DNA from: a virus
Length of the DNA stretch: 64,000 bases
IMG/VR virus record: IMGVR_UViG_3300003465_000003
Location: 1-64,000 of that record
Strand: one strand, 5' to 3'
Shown in pieces: positions 38,982 through 48,357 of this stretch. Each line of letters starts with the position of its first letter. Position 1 is the stretch's first letter. The notes below the pieces were generated by a model, which had not been told where the DNA came from, searched no databases, and saw only the letters and a list, made by a program, of their open reading frames with translations. The translations under genes and the position numbers were made by a program.

Positions 38982-39171
38982 GTGGGTTGCCGAGTTGCGC
39001 TCGCCCACTGGAGCCTTCTATCACATCACCCGACTGATGGGTTGAACTGTTATCGCTGGTTGGTTTCAACTAACGGGATTGTTTACAGCGCCCGTAATCA
39101 AATGGTGCGGTATTTTTGTCAATCTGGCTGAAGTTCCCCGCCCTCTTCAGTTCAGTTAGGCGCTACCTAAC
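38982..39171 (-). ncRNA. candidate six-hairpin structured RNA
   Basis: Six consecutive stems downstream of the SSB gene. Confidence 0.45.
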
Positions 39172-39181
39172 CTCTTCTAGC

Positions 39182-39796
39182 TTACTGAACCGGAACTCGC
39201 TTTGGCTCGTAGTCTTGGAAGTCTCCGATTTCCTTATACTTCCCTTCCGAACGCTTGTCCGGCTGGATTCGGAAATACGCGGTCTTACCAAACAACGGAG
39301 TCAAGTCAAGACCACCATCATCGGAACGATGGAACTGACGGACGCCAGCGATCTTCTGCAGCTTGGCCAACCGAGTCAAGGTCATGAAGGAGCGGAATAG
39401 GCCAGGACCAAATTCCGTGCCGTTTTCCTTGTTCTCCTGTCGTGCCTTGGCCACAGCCTGCACTACCTCAGCGGTTAGATCCTCTGGCTTATAGTTGATC
39501 AAGGTGCTGAGATTGAACGTGCGGCCATCAGACCAGCGCTTCAACTCTACCTGCAGCCGGATGTTCCGACCACTGCGCTGCGCTGGTGTATCCGATGACT
39601 CAAATACCCGCTCATTACCATTGTTATCTGTGAACTCACGCTTTGCCAAGATTGTGCCCTGATACCAACCATCGGCAAGTGGTTCCGGACGCTGGTCCTC
39701 TACTGCGCTAAGATCGGGGATATCCAACAAACTCAATACTGATTCACTCATGTTTACGATTTCTCCAGTTTCTGTGTTTACCGTTTCTGTGTACAA
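39182..39796 (-). CDS. putative single-stranded DNA-binding protein (DUF669-like OB fold)
   Basis: EPLADGWYQGTI N-terminal motif; follows the nuclease and annealing genes. Confidence 0.55.
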   Translation of the reverse strand: MYTETVNTETGEIVNMSESVLSLLDIPDLSAVEDQRPEPLADGWYQGTILAKREFTDNNGNERVFESSDTPAQRSGRNIRLQVELKRWSDGRTFNLSTLINYKPEDLTAEVVQAVAKARQENKENGTEFGPGLFRSFMTLTRLAKLQKIAGVRQFHRSDDGGLDLTPLFGKTAYFRIQPDKRSEGKYKEIGDFQDYEPKRVPVQ

Positions 39797-39865
39797 CGTT
39801 TTTACTCCAAATGGGTTTAGTCTATACGTGTTTACCTTATTTATGTGTGCAGTATGTTATCCTCC

Positions 39866-40540
39866 TTAATCGTCAACCACCATATCCGATGCGCCTGTTC
39901 CAAGCGCAAGTGAAATTGCCTTCTCACAACTCCGAGTCTGTAGCATATGTAACGGCTTGGCCTGCCACACAGGACTCTTTGAAACAAACCATTCACTTAG
40001 CCACGCTGTATACTCGGAGAACTCCTGATTCTTGGGGTCGCCTACGCGAATAGAGCACTTTATACCAATGTCTTTGGTAAAACCAGCTTGCTTCGCGCTC
40101 TGCGCGGTATCACTCATCTTAGCCAGCTTATCCCACGTGCGCTCCAACTCTTCAAACTTGGGAGGTCCAAGGTCAATACCCTTGTTCCGCGCCACCTGCT
40201 TTTTACCCTCAAGTGTAAGGTTAACTGTTGCCCTATTAGGATCAAACCAAACCTCACTACTGAACGGTGACACACCCAATTCGTAACAGCGTGTGGCAAA
40301 TAGGATAGCCTGCTTGAAGCTCAAATACATTGTTCCACCCTGAGACTGGAATGGCTTCTGCATAATTAACACGGCCAATTGCGGTGGTGTTAGCTGTTTC
40401 CAGTCCAGACCTTTCATATCCTTCATAACATTCAGGAGTGGCTTGTCCTGGTCCTTAACCATTGCACCAATGTCAGCGTCTCGCTTTGCTAACGCTTCTT
40501 CATTGACGACTTCACCTTCTCTTACTTCTACTGCACTCAT
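39866..40540 (-). CDS. putative single-strand annealing protein (RecT/Bet-like)
   Basis: F...C...G..PF..EV.F; W...P..ML.....KA pattern; adjacent to the exonuclease. Confidence 0.55.
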   Translation of the reverse strand: MSAVEVREGEVVNEEALAKRDADIGAMVKDQDKPLLNVMKDMKGLDWKQLTPPQLAVLIMQKPFQSQGGTMYLSFKQAILFATRCYELGVSPFSSEVWFDPNRATVNLTLEGKKQVARNKGIDLGPPKFEELERTWDKLAKMSDTAQSAKQAGFTKDIGIKCSIRVGDPKNQEFSEYTAWLSEWFVSKSPVWQAKPLHMLQTRSCEKAISLALGTGASDMVVDD

Positions 40541-40565
40541 TCATTTACCTCGTATCAGTGTTTGT

Positions 40566-41381
40566 CTATTTGCGTCTTTCTCTCTGTTTAAATCCATACT
40601 TTGTAAAATCGTTTAAGCCGTCAGTGCATAACGCCTCAAACTGGCACATGCTTGTTATGCCCTTAGTTACTAGACAACAACCATCTGGATGACATGGGTA
40701 ATTGTTTATATCGTCACCAAGACTATGTATGTAGTCTGCCAGTTTGTTAAGTTCCTGTTCCCATCCAGCCAACTGCTCTGCGCTTACTAATGATACTGGA
40801 CCTCGGAACAAGCCGTGTGGTGCGTCCTTAAATGCGAATTCTATTTGCCTCCCCTTAGCTTTAGCGAGCACGCAGTATAGCTTAACCTGTATACTATTCT
40901 CCACCTTCCAAAGCTGTCCAGCGAGTTGCGGTGAACGAGAGGTAGATTTCACTTCGTGAACAATTCCATCCTCACTTAACCCGTCAAGGTAGCCTAGGAA
41001 TCTGTCATTCTCTAAGAATAGCTCTGACTGGCTCTTTGTTCTCGCCCCATCATCTGGGCTGAATGTTTGATAATACGCATGACCCCAGGTTTCTAATGCT
41101 TTCGTTAGTCTATCCTTCGCTTTCTCTGGGACCCATCCATCGGTTTGATTATTCCAATCCTCCAGCGTTTTATCAAGGTTCTCCTTTTCTGCTACTTCAT
41201 TGTAGAATCTATGAACGAATTCAGCCCAGATGATACCGCACAGTTTATCGTGATCGTAGGTTGCGACACTCTGTTGTATCGGTGTTAGCTTAGCTATATA
41301 ACTCCAATAATACGCTTTTGGAGATCGTAAGAATGTATTTAATGCAGATGCAGATAGCTTACGTCTAGAATTCTGTTCCAA
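40566..41381 (-). CDS. PD-(D/E)XK exonuclease (RecB/Cas4-like)
   Basis: LSASAL..F...P..YY; GYLDG; EVKST; Q..LY; C-terminal Cys cluster. Confidence 0.85.
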   Translation of the reverse strand: MEQNSRRKLSASALNTFLRSPKAYYWSYIAKLTPIQQSVATYDHDKLCGIIWAEFVHRFYNEVAEKENLDKTLEDWNNQTDGWVPEKAKDRLTKALETWGHAYYQTFSPDDGARTKSQSELFLENDRFLGYLDGLSEDGIVHEVKSTSRSPQLAGQLWKVENSIQVKLYCVLAKAKGRQIEFAFKDAPHGLFRGPVSLVSAEQLAGWEQELNKLADYIHSLGDDINNYPCHPDGCCLVTKGITSMCQFEALCTDGLNDFTKYGFKQRERRK

Positions 41382-41817
41382 TGTATTCCTTGATATTGCC
41401 CAAGTTCCTTTCCAACCACCCTAACTTACTATTACACGACTTACACAATATCCCTCTAACTTTTCCAGTTTTATGGCAATGATCTAGACAAGGTTTTAGA
41501 CTATCGTCAAAATTTCTACTGCATATTTTGCAGCTTGGTGTGTCTCGCAATAGCGCATCATATTCATCCCTACTTATTTTGTAATAATGTTCTAGCGCCC
41601 AATTCATTGCCCGAGCCTGCATTAATCGCTTATTGGACCTATAATGCGCTCTTCGTCTGGCGTTTATCTCTTCCCTATTGTTTTCCAGATACACTTGCTG
41701 CCTTTTCCTACGTGTATCTCCATGCCTCAGATGATATTTTTTAGCCGCTTCTAGAATCTTATCTCTATTGCGTAAGTAATATTGTCTTCTATATTCCTTT
41801 GTTGTAGCACCACCCAT
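41365..41817 (-). CDS. endonuclease VII-type homing endonuclease
   Basis: CKIC...LDHCHKTGKVRGILCKSCN..LG. Confidence 0.9.
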   Translation of the reverse strand: MGGATTKEYRRQYYLRNRDKILEAAKKYHLRHGDTRRKRQQVYLENNREEINARRRAHYRSNKRLMQARAMNWALEHYYKISRDEYDALLRDTPSCKICSRNFDDSLKPCLDHCHKTGKVRGILCKSCNSKLGWLERNLGNIKEYIGTEF

Positions 41818-42014
41818 TAGTACACCTGTTCCACACACTTTACTTCTAGGCAGGACGCTCCACCTAAGGACTTTAGAACTTGATACTCAGCCTTTTTGTA
41901 AGCTGCTTCAAGATCGTTCGCTTCTACACGTAACTTTATGCTGGTCGCCCGCCATTGACACTTAAATATCCAACAGTGCTCTGGCGAGCGATTCGGTTTC
42001 TGTTTACTTGACAT
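41817..42014 (-). CDS. hypothetical protein
   Basis: ATG at 42014, just downstream of a promoter. Confidence 0.55.
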   Translation of the reverse strand: MSSKQKPNRSPEHCWIFKCQWRATSIKLRVEANDLEAAYKKAEYQVLKSLGGASCLEVKCVEQVY

Positions 42015-42027
42015 CGGAATAGAAAGA

Positions 42028-42056
42028 AGCGTATCACAACTTTCCAGATTTGTCAA
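42028..42056 (-). promoter_or_regulatory. sigma70-type promoter
   Basis: TTGACA-17 nt-TACGCT with extended TG; same hexamers as the promoter at 26037. Confidence 0.7.
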
Positions 42057-42071
42057 GAATTTTATGCTCCA

Positions 42072-43124
42072 CTAGGCAGAATCTTCTGCCGGATAAAATG
42101 CGGTTGGCATGTTGCGCGCTGCGGAACTGAATCCCATGTTCTTCCGCTTGAATTCATCCCCGGACTTCACAGCTGATGCCATGTCCTTAAGCCGGGCCAC
42201 AACATCTTCGTATGGCTGCTCAAGGCAATATACGGCAGCCACTAGCTCACGCAGATGAGCAATAGACATAGTTCTTGTGTCTGCAACCCACCGTGTAAGA
42301 TCATTTGAAGATAATGTTCCGTCTGTAGCTCGTACCAGATATGCTTTACGCGCTTCATCTGTTGGCATTCCAATTTCAATTCTACGGTCAAATCTAGACG
42401 GTCTATTAATGATACGCGCGCCAAGCAGTTCCGGATAATTGGTGGTAGCAATATTTAGAACCTTGTCTATATTGTTTTCACCATCAAGCATGGACAACAG
42501 GGACGCCTCGCCATTGGTAGCCTTAATCTCATCGATGTCCTCTAGAATCGTGATGAGATTACGATGCGGTTCAATAGCACGAATAGCCTTTAGCGCCAGA
42601 ATAGCAAGCTGCACATTGTTAACAACAAGCACAATGCCACCACGGGACACCAGTTTGTTCATTAACAACTTGATACAAGCAGTTTTGCCGCCACCTGGAG
42701 GGCCATACAGCAAGATGCCACGCTTAAACAATAGGCTATGTCTACGATACCGCAGCTCACTAGCCCAGAACTTTTCGGCTTCAGCAATAACAGCATTAGT
42801 AGCCATGTCTGGCAACTCATAGATCTCGTCACTGGTAATTTTCATCCGCTCTATGCCCCACATACCGGGGATTGCAAATGGCTCATAAATACCTGCTGGA
42901 ACCTCTTTAATGGTTGTACCAACGGGGGAAAACTTACCGTTAGGGCCTAGCGCCCACTGCTCATAGTTATCTTCCTTCACCTTCTTTGGTTCCTCACCCG
43001 TAGCCGCAGGCTCGAGCCCAGGGATGCTAGGTTGAGCTGGCTTGCCCATTACTTCGCGGAATTCACTATCATATTGTGCGCTTTCGAGGATGGCTTCTTT
43101 ATCTAGATTGTCTGTATCAGACAT
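42072..43124 (-). CDS. AAA+ ATPase (classical clade)
   Basis: KRGILLYGPPGGGKT; LEDID; LDG; TTNYPE.L..R..NRPSRFD. Confidence 0.9.
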   Translation of the reverse strand: MSDTDNLDKEAILESAQYDSEFREVMGKPAQPSIPGLEPAATGEEPKKVKEDNYEQWALGPNGKFSPVGTTIKEVPAGIYEPFAIPGMWGIERMKITSDEIYELPDMATNAVIAEAEKFWASELRYRRHSLLFKRGILLYGPPGGGKTACIKLLMNKLVSRGGIVLVVNNVQLAILALKAIRAIEPHRNLITILEDIDEIKATNGEASLLSMLDGENNIDKVLNIATTNYPELLGARIINRPSRFDRRIEIGMPTDEARKAYLVRATDGTLSSNDLTRWVADTRTMSIAHLRELVAAVYCLEQPYEDVVARLKDMASAVKSGDEFKRKNMGFSSAARNMPTAFYPAEDSA

Positions 43125-43127
43125 GGG

Positions 43128-43442
43128 CTACTCCGTATATTTATACAGTATATATTGCTTTTTGCCGGTTATCTTTATTGCTGCGAATTGAGAGAATGAT
43201 TCGGGTTTGAATATAAGTGTCTCCCGCACTTTCTTTATAATAGGATTAACCTTATCAGTTTTACATACCTTACATTGGAACAGGGCTACTTGTGGGCCTT
43301 GCTCAGACTCGCGCAATGCGATAAGATCGTACACTCCATGAGAGCCGCTAGCTCGTGTCACTAACCAACCTTGAGATTCTAGATCTTTCTTAAGCTGATA
43401 CTCAAATCTCCGGCCGCTCAAATAATTCTTGTTCGGCATCAA
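43128..43442 (-). CDS. Holliday junction resolvase (Hjc-type)
   Basis: GRRFE...L...GW.V.RA.GS.G..DLIA...QCK. Confidence 0.85.
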   Translation of the reverse strand: MMPNKNYLSGRRFEYQLKKDLESQGWLVTRASGSHGVYDLIALRESEQGPQVALFQCKVCKTDKVNPIIKKVRETLIFKPESFSQFAAIKITGKKQYILYKYTE

Positions 43443-44424
43443 ACTTTCTCCTCGCTCTACTTATCCGTGTCTGTGCAGTGCCCTCTAACATATTGGTCTT
43501 CTCTGCTAGTACCCGTGCTCTAGCTCTATCTGTAGCATATGTGGGGTCACCAAGCAAGGACGCTATTAGTTCATCGACTTCAGCTTGATGCATTTCTTGT
43601 TCTTTGGCTTCTGCGTCCCCCGGCCTATCTGTCTGCAATAAGACGATAGAACCTTCACTTGCAGTTGGCGGTTTAATATGTTCCCGTCTTAGCCATATGT
43701 CATCTGGTTCTTCATGATCCTTCTGCTTAGAGCAGAATAACTTTGCGTAACCCCTAAATCCATCTGGGTCCCTTGCAAGGGTGAACGCAGTGTCCATAGC
43801 ACCTTGCAGTGCCGAGGAACCCCGGTATTGAAGACCGAACTCCGTGTTCTTCTTCGTGTGGTGCAGCGCCAGAATCGCCATTCCCCGCTGCCGCATTCGG
43901 TCTGCGGACTCAACCCAAAGTCCCGCATCCACCTGGCTGTTTTCGTCCCGGCCCACGAAACTGCGAGCCAGCGTATCAATAATGAGCAGCCCCGGCTCGA
44001 AGCCGTCGGCGTCCAGGTCATCCAAAAATTCCGTAACTTCCCGCGCTGCAGCGAATTGCGGCACGTCGAAGGTCACGCGGAAGTTCGAGTTCAGCTTCCG
44101 GCGCTCGTCCGGGGTCAGCCGCCGGTGCCAAACCCACGCCTCGATTCGTTTCAGCAGGCTGGCTTTGCCTTCGCCGAGCGCGTAGAGGACTCTAGACGGC
44201 TCTGTGGCGCGTCCGTTCCACGGCTTGCCCAATGCTATGGACAGCGCCCAATCTATCGCCAGAAAGCTTTTAAACGCGGCTGGCGGGCCAACGAGCATGA
44301 CGAGCGCGTCCTTCTCGAATAGCCCTTCAATCAACCACTTCGGTGGAGGAAGATTGCCCAAGTCTTCCAACGTCAGGAAACGATTTTCCAAATCTCTCCA
44401 GAAAAATATTGCGCGTCTGCCCAA
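43402..44424 (-). CDS. RepA-like (AAA_25) replicative helicase
   Basis: WLIEG; GPPAAFKSF; GEG; LIIDTLAR; DENS; HHT.K; RGSSAL.GA.D; KQKD. Confidence 0.88.
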   Translation of the reverse strand: MGRRAIFFWRDLENRFLTLEDLGNLPPPKWLIEGLFEKDALVMLVGPPAAFKSFLAIDWALSIALGKPWNGRATEPSRVLYALGEGKASLLKRIEAWVWHRRLTPDERRKLNSNFRVTFDVPQFAAAREVTEFLDDLDADGFEPGLLIIDTLARSFVGRDENSQVDAGLWVESADRMRQRGMAILALHHTKKNTEFGLQYRGSSALQGAMDTAFTLARDPDGFRGYAKLFCSKQKDHEEPDDIWLRREHIKPPTASEGSIVLLQTDRPGDAEAKEQEMHQAEVDELIASLLGDPTYATDRARARVLAEKTNMLEGTAQTRISRARRKFDAEQELFERPEI

Positions 44425-44468
44425 TCAGACGCGAGTTTATGAAAGGTTTGTGGGCATGGGAAAGTGTC

Positions 44469-44497
44469 ACAGTAACAGATTTCTCTGCGGTTGTCAA
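44469..44497 (-). promoter_or_regulatory. sigma70-type promoter for the helicase operon
   Basis: TTGACA-17 nt-TACTGT with extended TG. Confidence 0.6.
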
Positions 44498-44514
44498 GCG
44501 AAAAGTGTCAGTCC

Positions 44515-44640
44515 GAAAAAATTACATGGAAATTACATGCGACTCGATGTAATTCCTGTAAGTCCCGCATTTTCAACAGGTTGCAAAAAATTACATACGC
44601 GCTACGCTAAGAGTAGAAAGACGTGTAATTGTAATTTTTC
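44515..44640. repeat. AATTACA iteron-like repeats, candidate replication origin
   Basis: Three direct and three inverted copies in the intergenic gap upstream of the helicase. Confidence 0.55.
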
Positions 44641-44642
44641 GA

Positions 44643-44981
44643 TCAGTACGAAGTACGATCCCCAGATTTCATCAACCGGGTCCAAGTCTCCAGATTCCCC
44701 CACGCTTCCCGAACAGCCTCTGGTTTGTGAACCACCACAGGAAGGTGCTTAAAACCCGCTAGGACGGCCGCTGCGTGACGATGTGTGCCGGACAATAGTT
44801 GTACCTTACCCCTGTGCTCATAACCCACCAGAACGGGTTTAAAAGGGTCCCAGCCGGTATCCCGAAAAGCTCGGGCCAAAGCGATAACTTGCTCCGGGCG
44901 TGTTATCTTGTGCGGTGGGATCACTGAGTCTATGAGGCATAGACGGATCTTTAACTTCTGATTCGAGGTCACTGGTAACAT
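44643..44981 (-). CDS. ParB/sulfiredoxin N-terminal domain protein
   Basis: LA..F...GW...P.LV.......LLSGTHR..AA..AG...LPV. Confidence 0.75.
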   Translation of the reverse strand: MLPVTSNQKLKIRLCLIDSVIPPHKITRPEQVIALARAFRDTGWDPFKPVLVGYEHRGKVQLLSGTHRHAAAVLAGFKHLPVVVHKPEAVREAWGNLETWTRLMKSGDRTSY

Positions 44982-45160
44982 AATTATACAACCATTCTAG
45001 TAATACTTCAGTATCTTTTTCTATATGCTTAGGTATAGATACGTACTTACTGGTGAGAACCTTTGCCATCTCTTGTTCATCAGCGTCTGGATGACGTTGC
45101 CTAAATTTATTTAAGGCTTCAGAGATTCTGGCTGTAGCTTCAGCAGCTTTTAGATCCTGT

Positions 45161-45349
45161 TCATAACTCATATTCTTGCTCCGGCTCTGATTCACTCCGC
45201 TCCGCTAAGGCTACGCTCCGTGCTTCAGAGCCTCCCTCGTCTTGCATTAGTTCTTTTAAGGTCTCTTTATCCAATACTTTACGTTTGTAATGTTTTGGTT
45301 TTGAGCATATCGCGCATTCGTTGTGCGGATGAATTTTATAGTTACTCAT
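45161..45349 (-). CDS. hypothetical protein
   Basis: CAIC..PK; short ORF. Confidence 0.45.
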   Translation of the reverse strand: MSNYKIHPHNECAICSKPKHYKRKVLDKETLKELMQDEGGSEARSVALAERSESEPEQEYEL

Positions 45350-45617
45350 AATTACATAGTGTACAATATATTGTACACCAGATCTTGTACACCTGTGCCC
45401 ATTTACTGCCTGACTGTATGTGATTTGATGTCTATGGTAGCATTTACAATCCTGCGTTTACATTTTGGGCACGTAGTTCCCCAGTGTCCATCAGGTTCAT
45501 AATGAAGACATTTACCACATTGAACTCCACCATTCCCCTAACCATCAAGGAGGTAAGTAATAGTTGTTGTATTGTTATTCTTCATTGGCTATTTCCAACA
45601 ACATATCAGCATGACAA

Positions 45618-45695
45618 GGCGGGCAGCCCACTCGCACTTATAACCTTTGTGTGGGGACTCCTTGCGGAATTGCTTTGCCCCACAGGTTTCCCGCC
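45618..45695 (-). ncRNA. candidate structured RNA element
   Basis: Nested stems GGCGGG/CCCGCC, AACCT/AGGTT, GTGGGG/CCCCAC and TTCC-GCAA-GGAG (GNRA loop). Confidence 0.45.
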
Positions 45696-45946
45696 AAGAT
45701 AATCAATAATTATCATTCATTGATACTAATCGAGTATTAATTAAATCAGAGATCACATTTGCCAATGTAGACACAGATAACTTATGTCTATCTACTATGT
45801 TTTTTAATTGTTCATTCCAGTAGTCGTTAAAACATTTTTCATTGCAAAAATCTGGATAAGCACCCAACGAATTCCAAACACGTTTGCATTTCAAACAATT
45901 CGTCATACTACTCCATACAGTTAGGCCATAGTTGGGCACAGCTATA

Positions 45947-46849
45947 CTAGAATGCGCCCTCTGCAACCTGCAAACACGTCAACCCCAACTCCCGCCACAT
46001 CTTGACCACACTATTCCTATCATCAAGAACAAATAGAACATTATAATCATTCCGGACATACTTATCAAACAACTCCTGCTTAACAATATAATCCTTCCTG
46101 AAATCTCCAGTAGGCCGCATCAAAAGTGGGCCACCAACTGGGCACAGATGCTTGGTCAAAAATGCTTCTGTTTGTGCTCTGAACTTATCTTCCCGTCCAG
46201 ACAAATAGATGATCTTATACCTACGGTTACACATGGCAGATATAACTTCATATACTGGCAGGTTCAGGTCATCATCTGCGCACTTGGCAGCATCATAAGG
46301 ACTACGTTTTCCATCAAATAATGCCAATGTCCCATCTAGATCGCATATAATTGCCAGTGGTGTTTCCGACTTAGGAACATAATGTTCCACCTTGGGGATC
46401 GCCACATATTTCTCATACATCTCACGGATGACTTTCTCTCCTACACGCTTCCCCTCAGGACGCTTACTATCCCTTTCAATACACGTCTCTAAGGGGACAT
46501 GGGTAAAGTCAACCACGCGGAATTCTGCACCATACTTCCTTGCCAAATCACTTAGGCGCTGCTTATGCTTCCCGAAGTTGCAGTCTGAGCAAATGACGGA
46601 TTCACCATGCGCCAACGCTCCCACAATAGCCTTATTACGGATTTCAATAACTTCCTTCTCCGTCTCATGTGACCACTTCCATCCTTGCTTAACAAGCTCT
46701 GCCCTAATATCATCCTTATTAACAATAACTACCTTTTCTCCACACGCCTTAGCATTGATAACTTCCTGCTCCGCCCACGTAGTCTTACCAGAGGCCGGGA
46801 TGCCTCTAGTCATCGTCAACGTCAGCTTCCTCTTCTTCCTCATAGTCAT
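45947..46849 (-). CDS. pseT: polynucleotide 5'-kinase / 3'-phosphatase
   Basis: GIPASGKTTWA; N.DDIR; CIERD..R; DLDGTLA; SGR; MR..GD.R.D..VK; DDR..VV.MWR. Confidence 0.93.
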   Translation of the reverse strand: MTMRKKRKLTLTMTRGIPASGKTTWAEQEVINAKACGEKVVIVNKDDIRAELVKQGWKWSHETEKEVIEIRNKAIVGALAHGESVICSDCNFGKHKQRLSDLARKYGAEFRVVDFTHVPLETCIERDSKRPEGKRVGEKVIREMYEKYVAIPKVEHYVPKSETPLAIICDLDGTLALFDGKRSPYDAAKCADDDLNLPVYEVISAMCNRRYKIIYLSGREDKFRAQTEAFLTKHLCPVGGPLLMRPTGDFRKDYIVKQELFDKYVRNDYNVLFVLDDRNSVVKMWRELGLTCLQVAEGAF

Positions 46850-46955
46850 CTTCTTCTAACTCCCGCTTAATGCGTTCTATTGCTTCCGCCGAATATCTCT
46901 TGCGCATCTCACTTATGAGTAAATCGATATCTGAATTGTTGCCCATAATATCCCT

Positions 46956-47156
46956 TTATAATTCTCTAAACAATGATCTGAAATTACGTATAGTAGTGGA
47001 ATAATTAAAACACCCCAGATTACTTACGTAACTAACATAACCATCTTTAACATCCTTTACAATAAACCAGAAGTCTCCAAATGGGTTATGTTTATCCATA
47101 GGGAACACCCATCTAGAACCAATCTTGGGTGGGGTAGCTAATAACCACTTTAACAT
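46956..47156 (-). CDS. hypothetical protein (paralog of 47182..47397)
   Basis: LATPP..SRW...NPF...V..VK.G.V.Y shared motif; AAGGAG RBS. Confidence 0.65.
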   Translation of the reverse strand: MLKWLLATPPKIGSRWVFPMDKHNPFGDFWFIVKDVKDGYVSYVSNLGCFNYSTTIRNFRSLFREL

Positions 47157-47166
47157 AAAACTCCTT

Positions 47167-47188
47167 ACACCGTAAGTAAATTTACTTA
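47167..47188. repeat. dispersed palindromic element, copy 2
   Basis: ACACCGTAAGTAAATTTACTTA. Confidence 0.75.
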
Positions 47189-47397
47189 TCGTTTAAGATT
47201 TCTTCATATTCAAATCTAAAAACTCGTATAGAGTAATAACTAACATCGCCATTTCTATCTATATAACGTACCCAACCACCTTTAACACCAGTCACAATTA
47301 CACGGTCTTTAACAAATGGGTTGCCGTAACGCAATAGCCATCTACTCTTTACTTGCGGTGGCGTCGCTAATATCCAATGCCAAATTGTCTTTAACAT
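47182..47397 (-). CDS. hypothetical protein (paralog of 46956..47156)
   Basis: Shared motif as above. Confidence 0.65.
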   Translation of the reverse strand: MLKTIWHWILATPPQVKSRWLLRYGNPFVKDRVIVTGVKGGWVRYIDRNGDVSYYSIRVFRFEYEEILNDK

Positions 47398-47932
47398 TTG
47401 CTCTCCTTACTCTAGCCAAAATTTCGTCCAAGTGTATTGGTCTATAATCAATAACCTCAACACTGACATTAATATATGGTATCACCCTGTCTCCAACTAC
47501 AACAGGTTCGTAATCAGGATTTTGGTGAATGTGGCCATGCACGTTGCAGATTGCAGACCCAAGGGACCTAGGATGAATGGGAATATGCGAGCATAGCACT
47601 CTCTCCTCACTGCGCCAAGTAGCATAAATCTTCTCGAAGCCTGCGTCTAAATACACCTTTACTGGCCAGTGGTCATGATTACCAAGGTATATCCGCTTAT
47701 GACCATTATATCGTGCTATCTCTTTACGGAACCATTCTCTGTCCAGCTTACCGCCACGCTTTATCGTTACGTCTCCTAGAAAGGATACATGGTCTTGTGG
47801 CTTCACCAACTCATTATGGTAAGTCACTAAGGCATCATGCATCTCTGCAAGATCCTTAAATGGCCTATTACCATACTTGATGATATTGTGGTGTGCCAAA
47901 TGGTGATCGCTACAGTACCATCTATCCGCCAC
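47342..47932 (-). CDS. calcineurin-like metallophosphoesterase
   Basis: SDHH..H; LGD; GNHD; SHIP; HGHIH. Confidence 0.9.
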   Translation of the reverse strand: MADRWYCSDHHLAHHNIIKYGNRPFKDLAEMHDALVTYHNELVKPQDHVSFLGDVTIKRGGKLDREWFRKEIARYNGHKRIYLGNHDHWPVKVYLDAGFEKIYATWRSEERVLCSHIPIHPRSLGSAICNVHGHIHQNPDYEPVVVGDRVIPYINVSVEVIDYRPIHLDEILARVRRANVKDNLALDISDATASKE

Positions 47933-48137
47933 TCAATATCCCCCTCAATTTGGCTTCAGCCTCTTGCCTAGTCTTACCCAAATACAATGGGTCGAGGCAT
48001 GTGCGGCATACAGTTTGCCAGTATGGACCACGATCCATATGATTCACAAATGTTACTCGATGGTCCCAAAATTTATCATGGCAAGAGCAATCTATTATTC
48101 TTGGTTTATTCAGCCAATTTAATAACCAATTAAACAT
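47922..48137 (-). CDS. hypothetical protein
   Basis: Short Cys-containing ORF in the operon. Confidence 0.5.
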   Translation of the reverse strand: MFNWLLNWLNKPRIIDCSCHDKFWDHRVTFVNHMDRGPYWQTVCRTCLDPLYLGKTRQEAEAKLRGILSGG

Positions 48138-48147
48138 ATCGTGCCTT

Positions 48148-48357
48148 TTAGTCCTCGTATGATCCTTGTTCTATCTTGTACATGTGATGAGTCCTTAAAT
48201 TATCTGCAGCTATACAACATGTACAACCACGACCATCACAATCACACACCTGTGATAATCGTATGATGGCGTCTTCAACAGCCTCATAAAAGGTTGGAGA
48301 TTCAAGCTGGCCAGTTGAATAGCGCTTCCTTGCCCGCTTCCTTATTAGTCTAGCCAT
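48148..48357 (-). CDS. hypothetical protein
   Basis: GAGGG RBS; CDCDGRGCTCC. Confidence 0.55.
   Translation of the reverse strand: MARLIRKRARKRYSTGQLESPTFYEAVEDAIIRLSQVCDCDGRGCTCCIAADNLRTHHMYKIEQGSYED

Noticed and set aside
39060-39150. Hammerhead ribozyme (CTGAAGAG ... GAAAC on the - strand)
   Set aside because: No stem II joins the two core strands, and CTGAAG is paired in its own hairpin.
45618-45695. c-di-GMP-I riboswitch (GGCAAA...GNRA...ACAAAG...GCTGCC resemblance)
   Set aside because: It lacks the GACGCAAAGC junction and the tetraloop-receptor stem, and an alternative fold pairs better.
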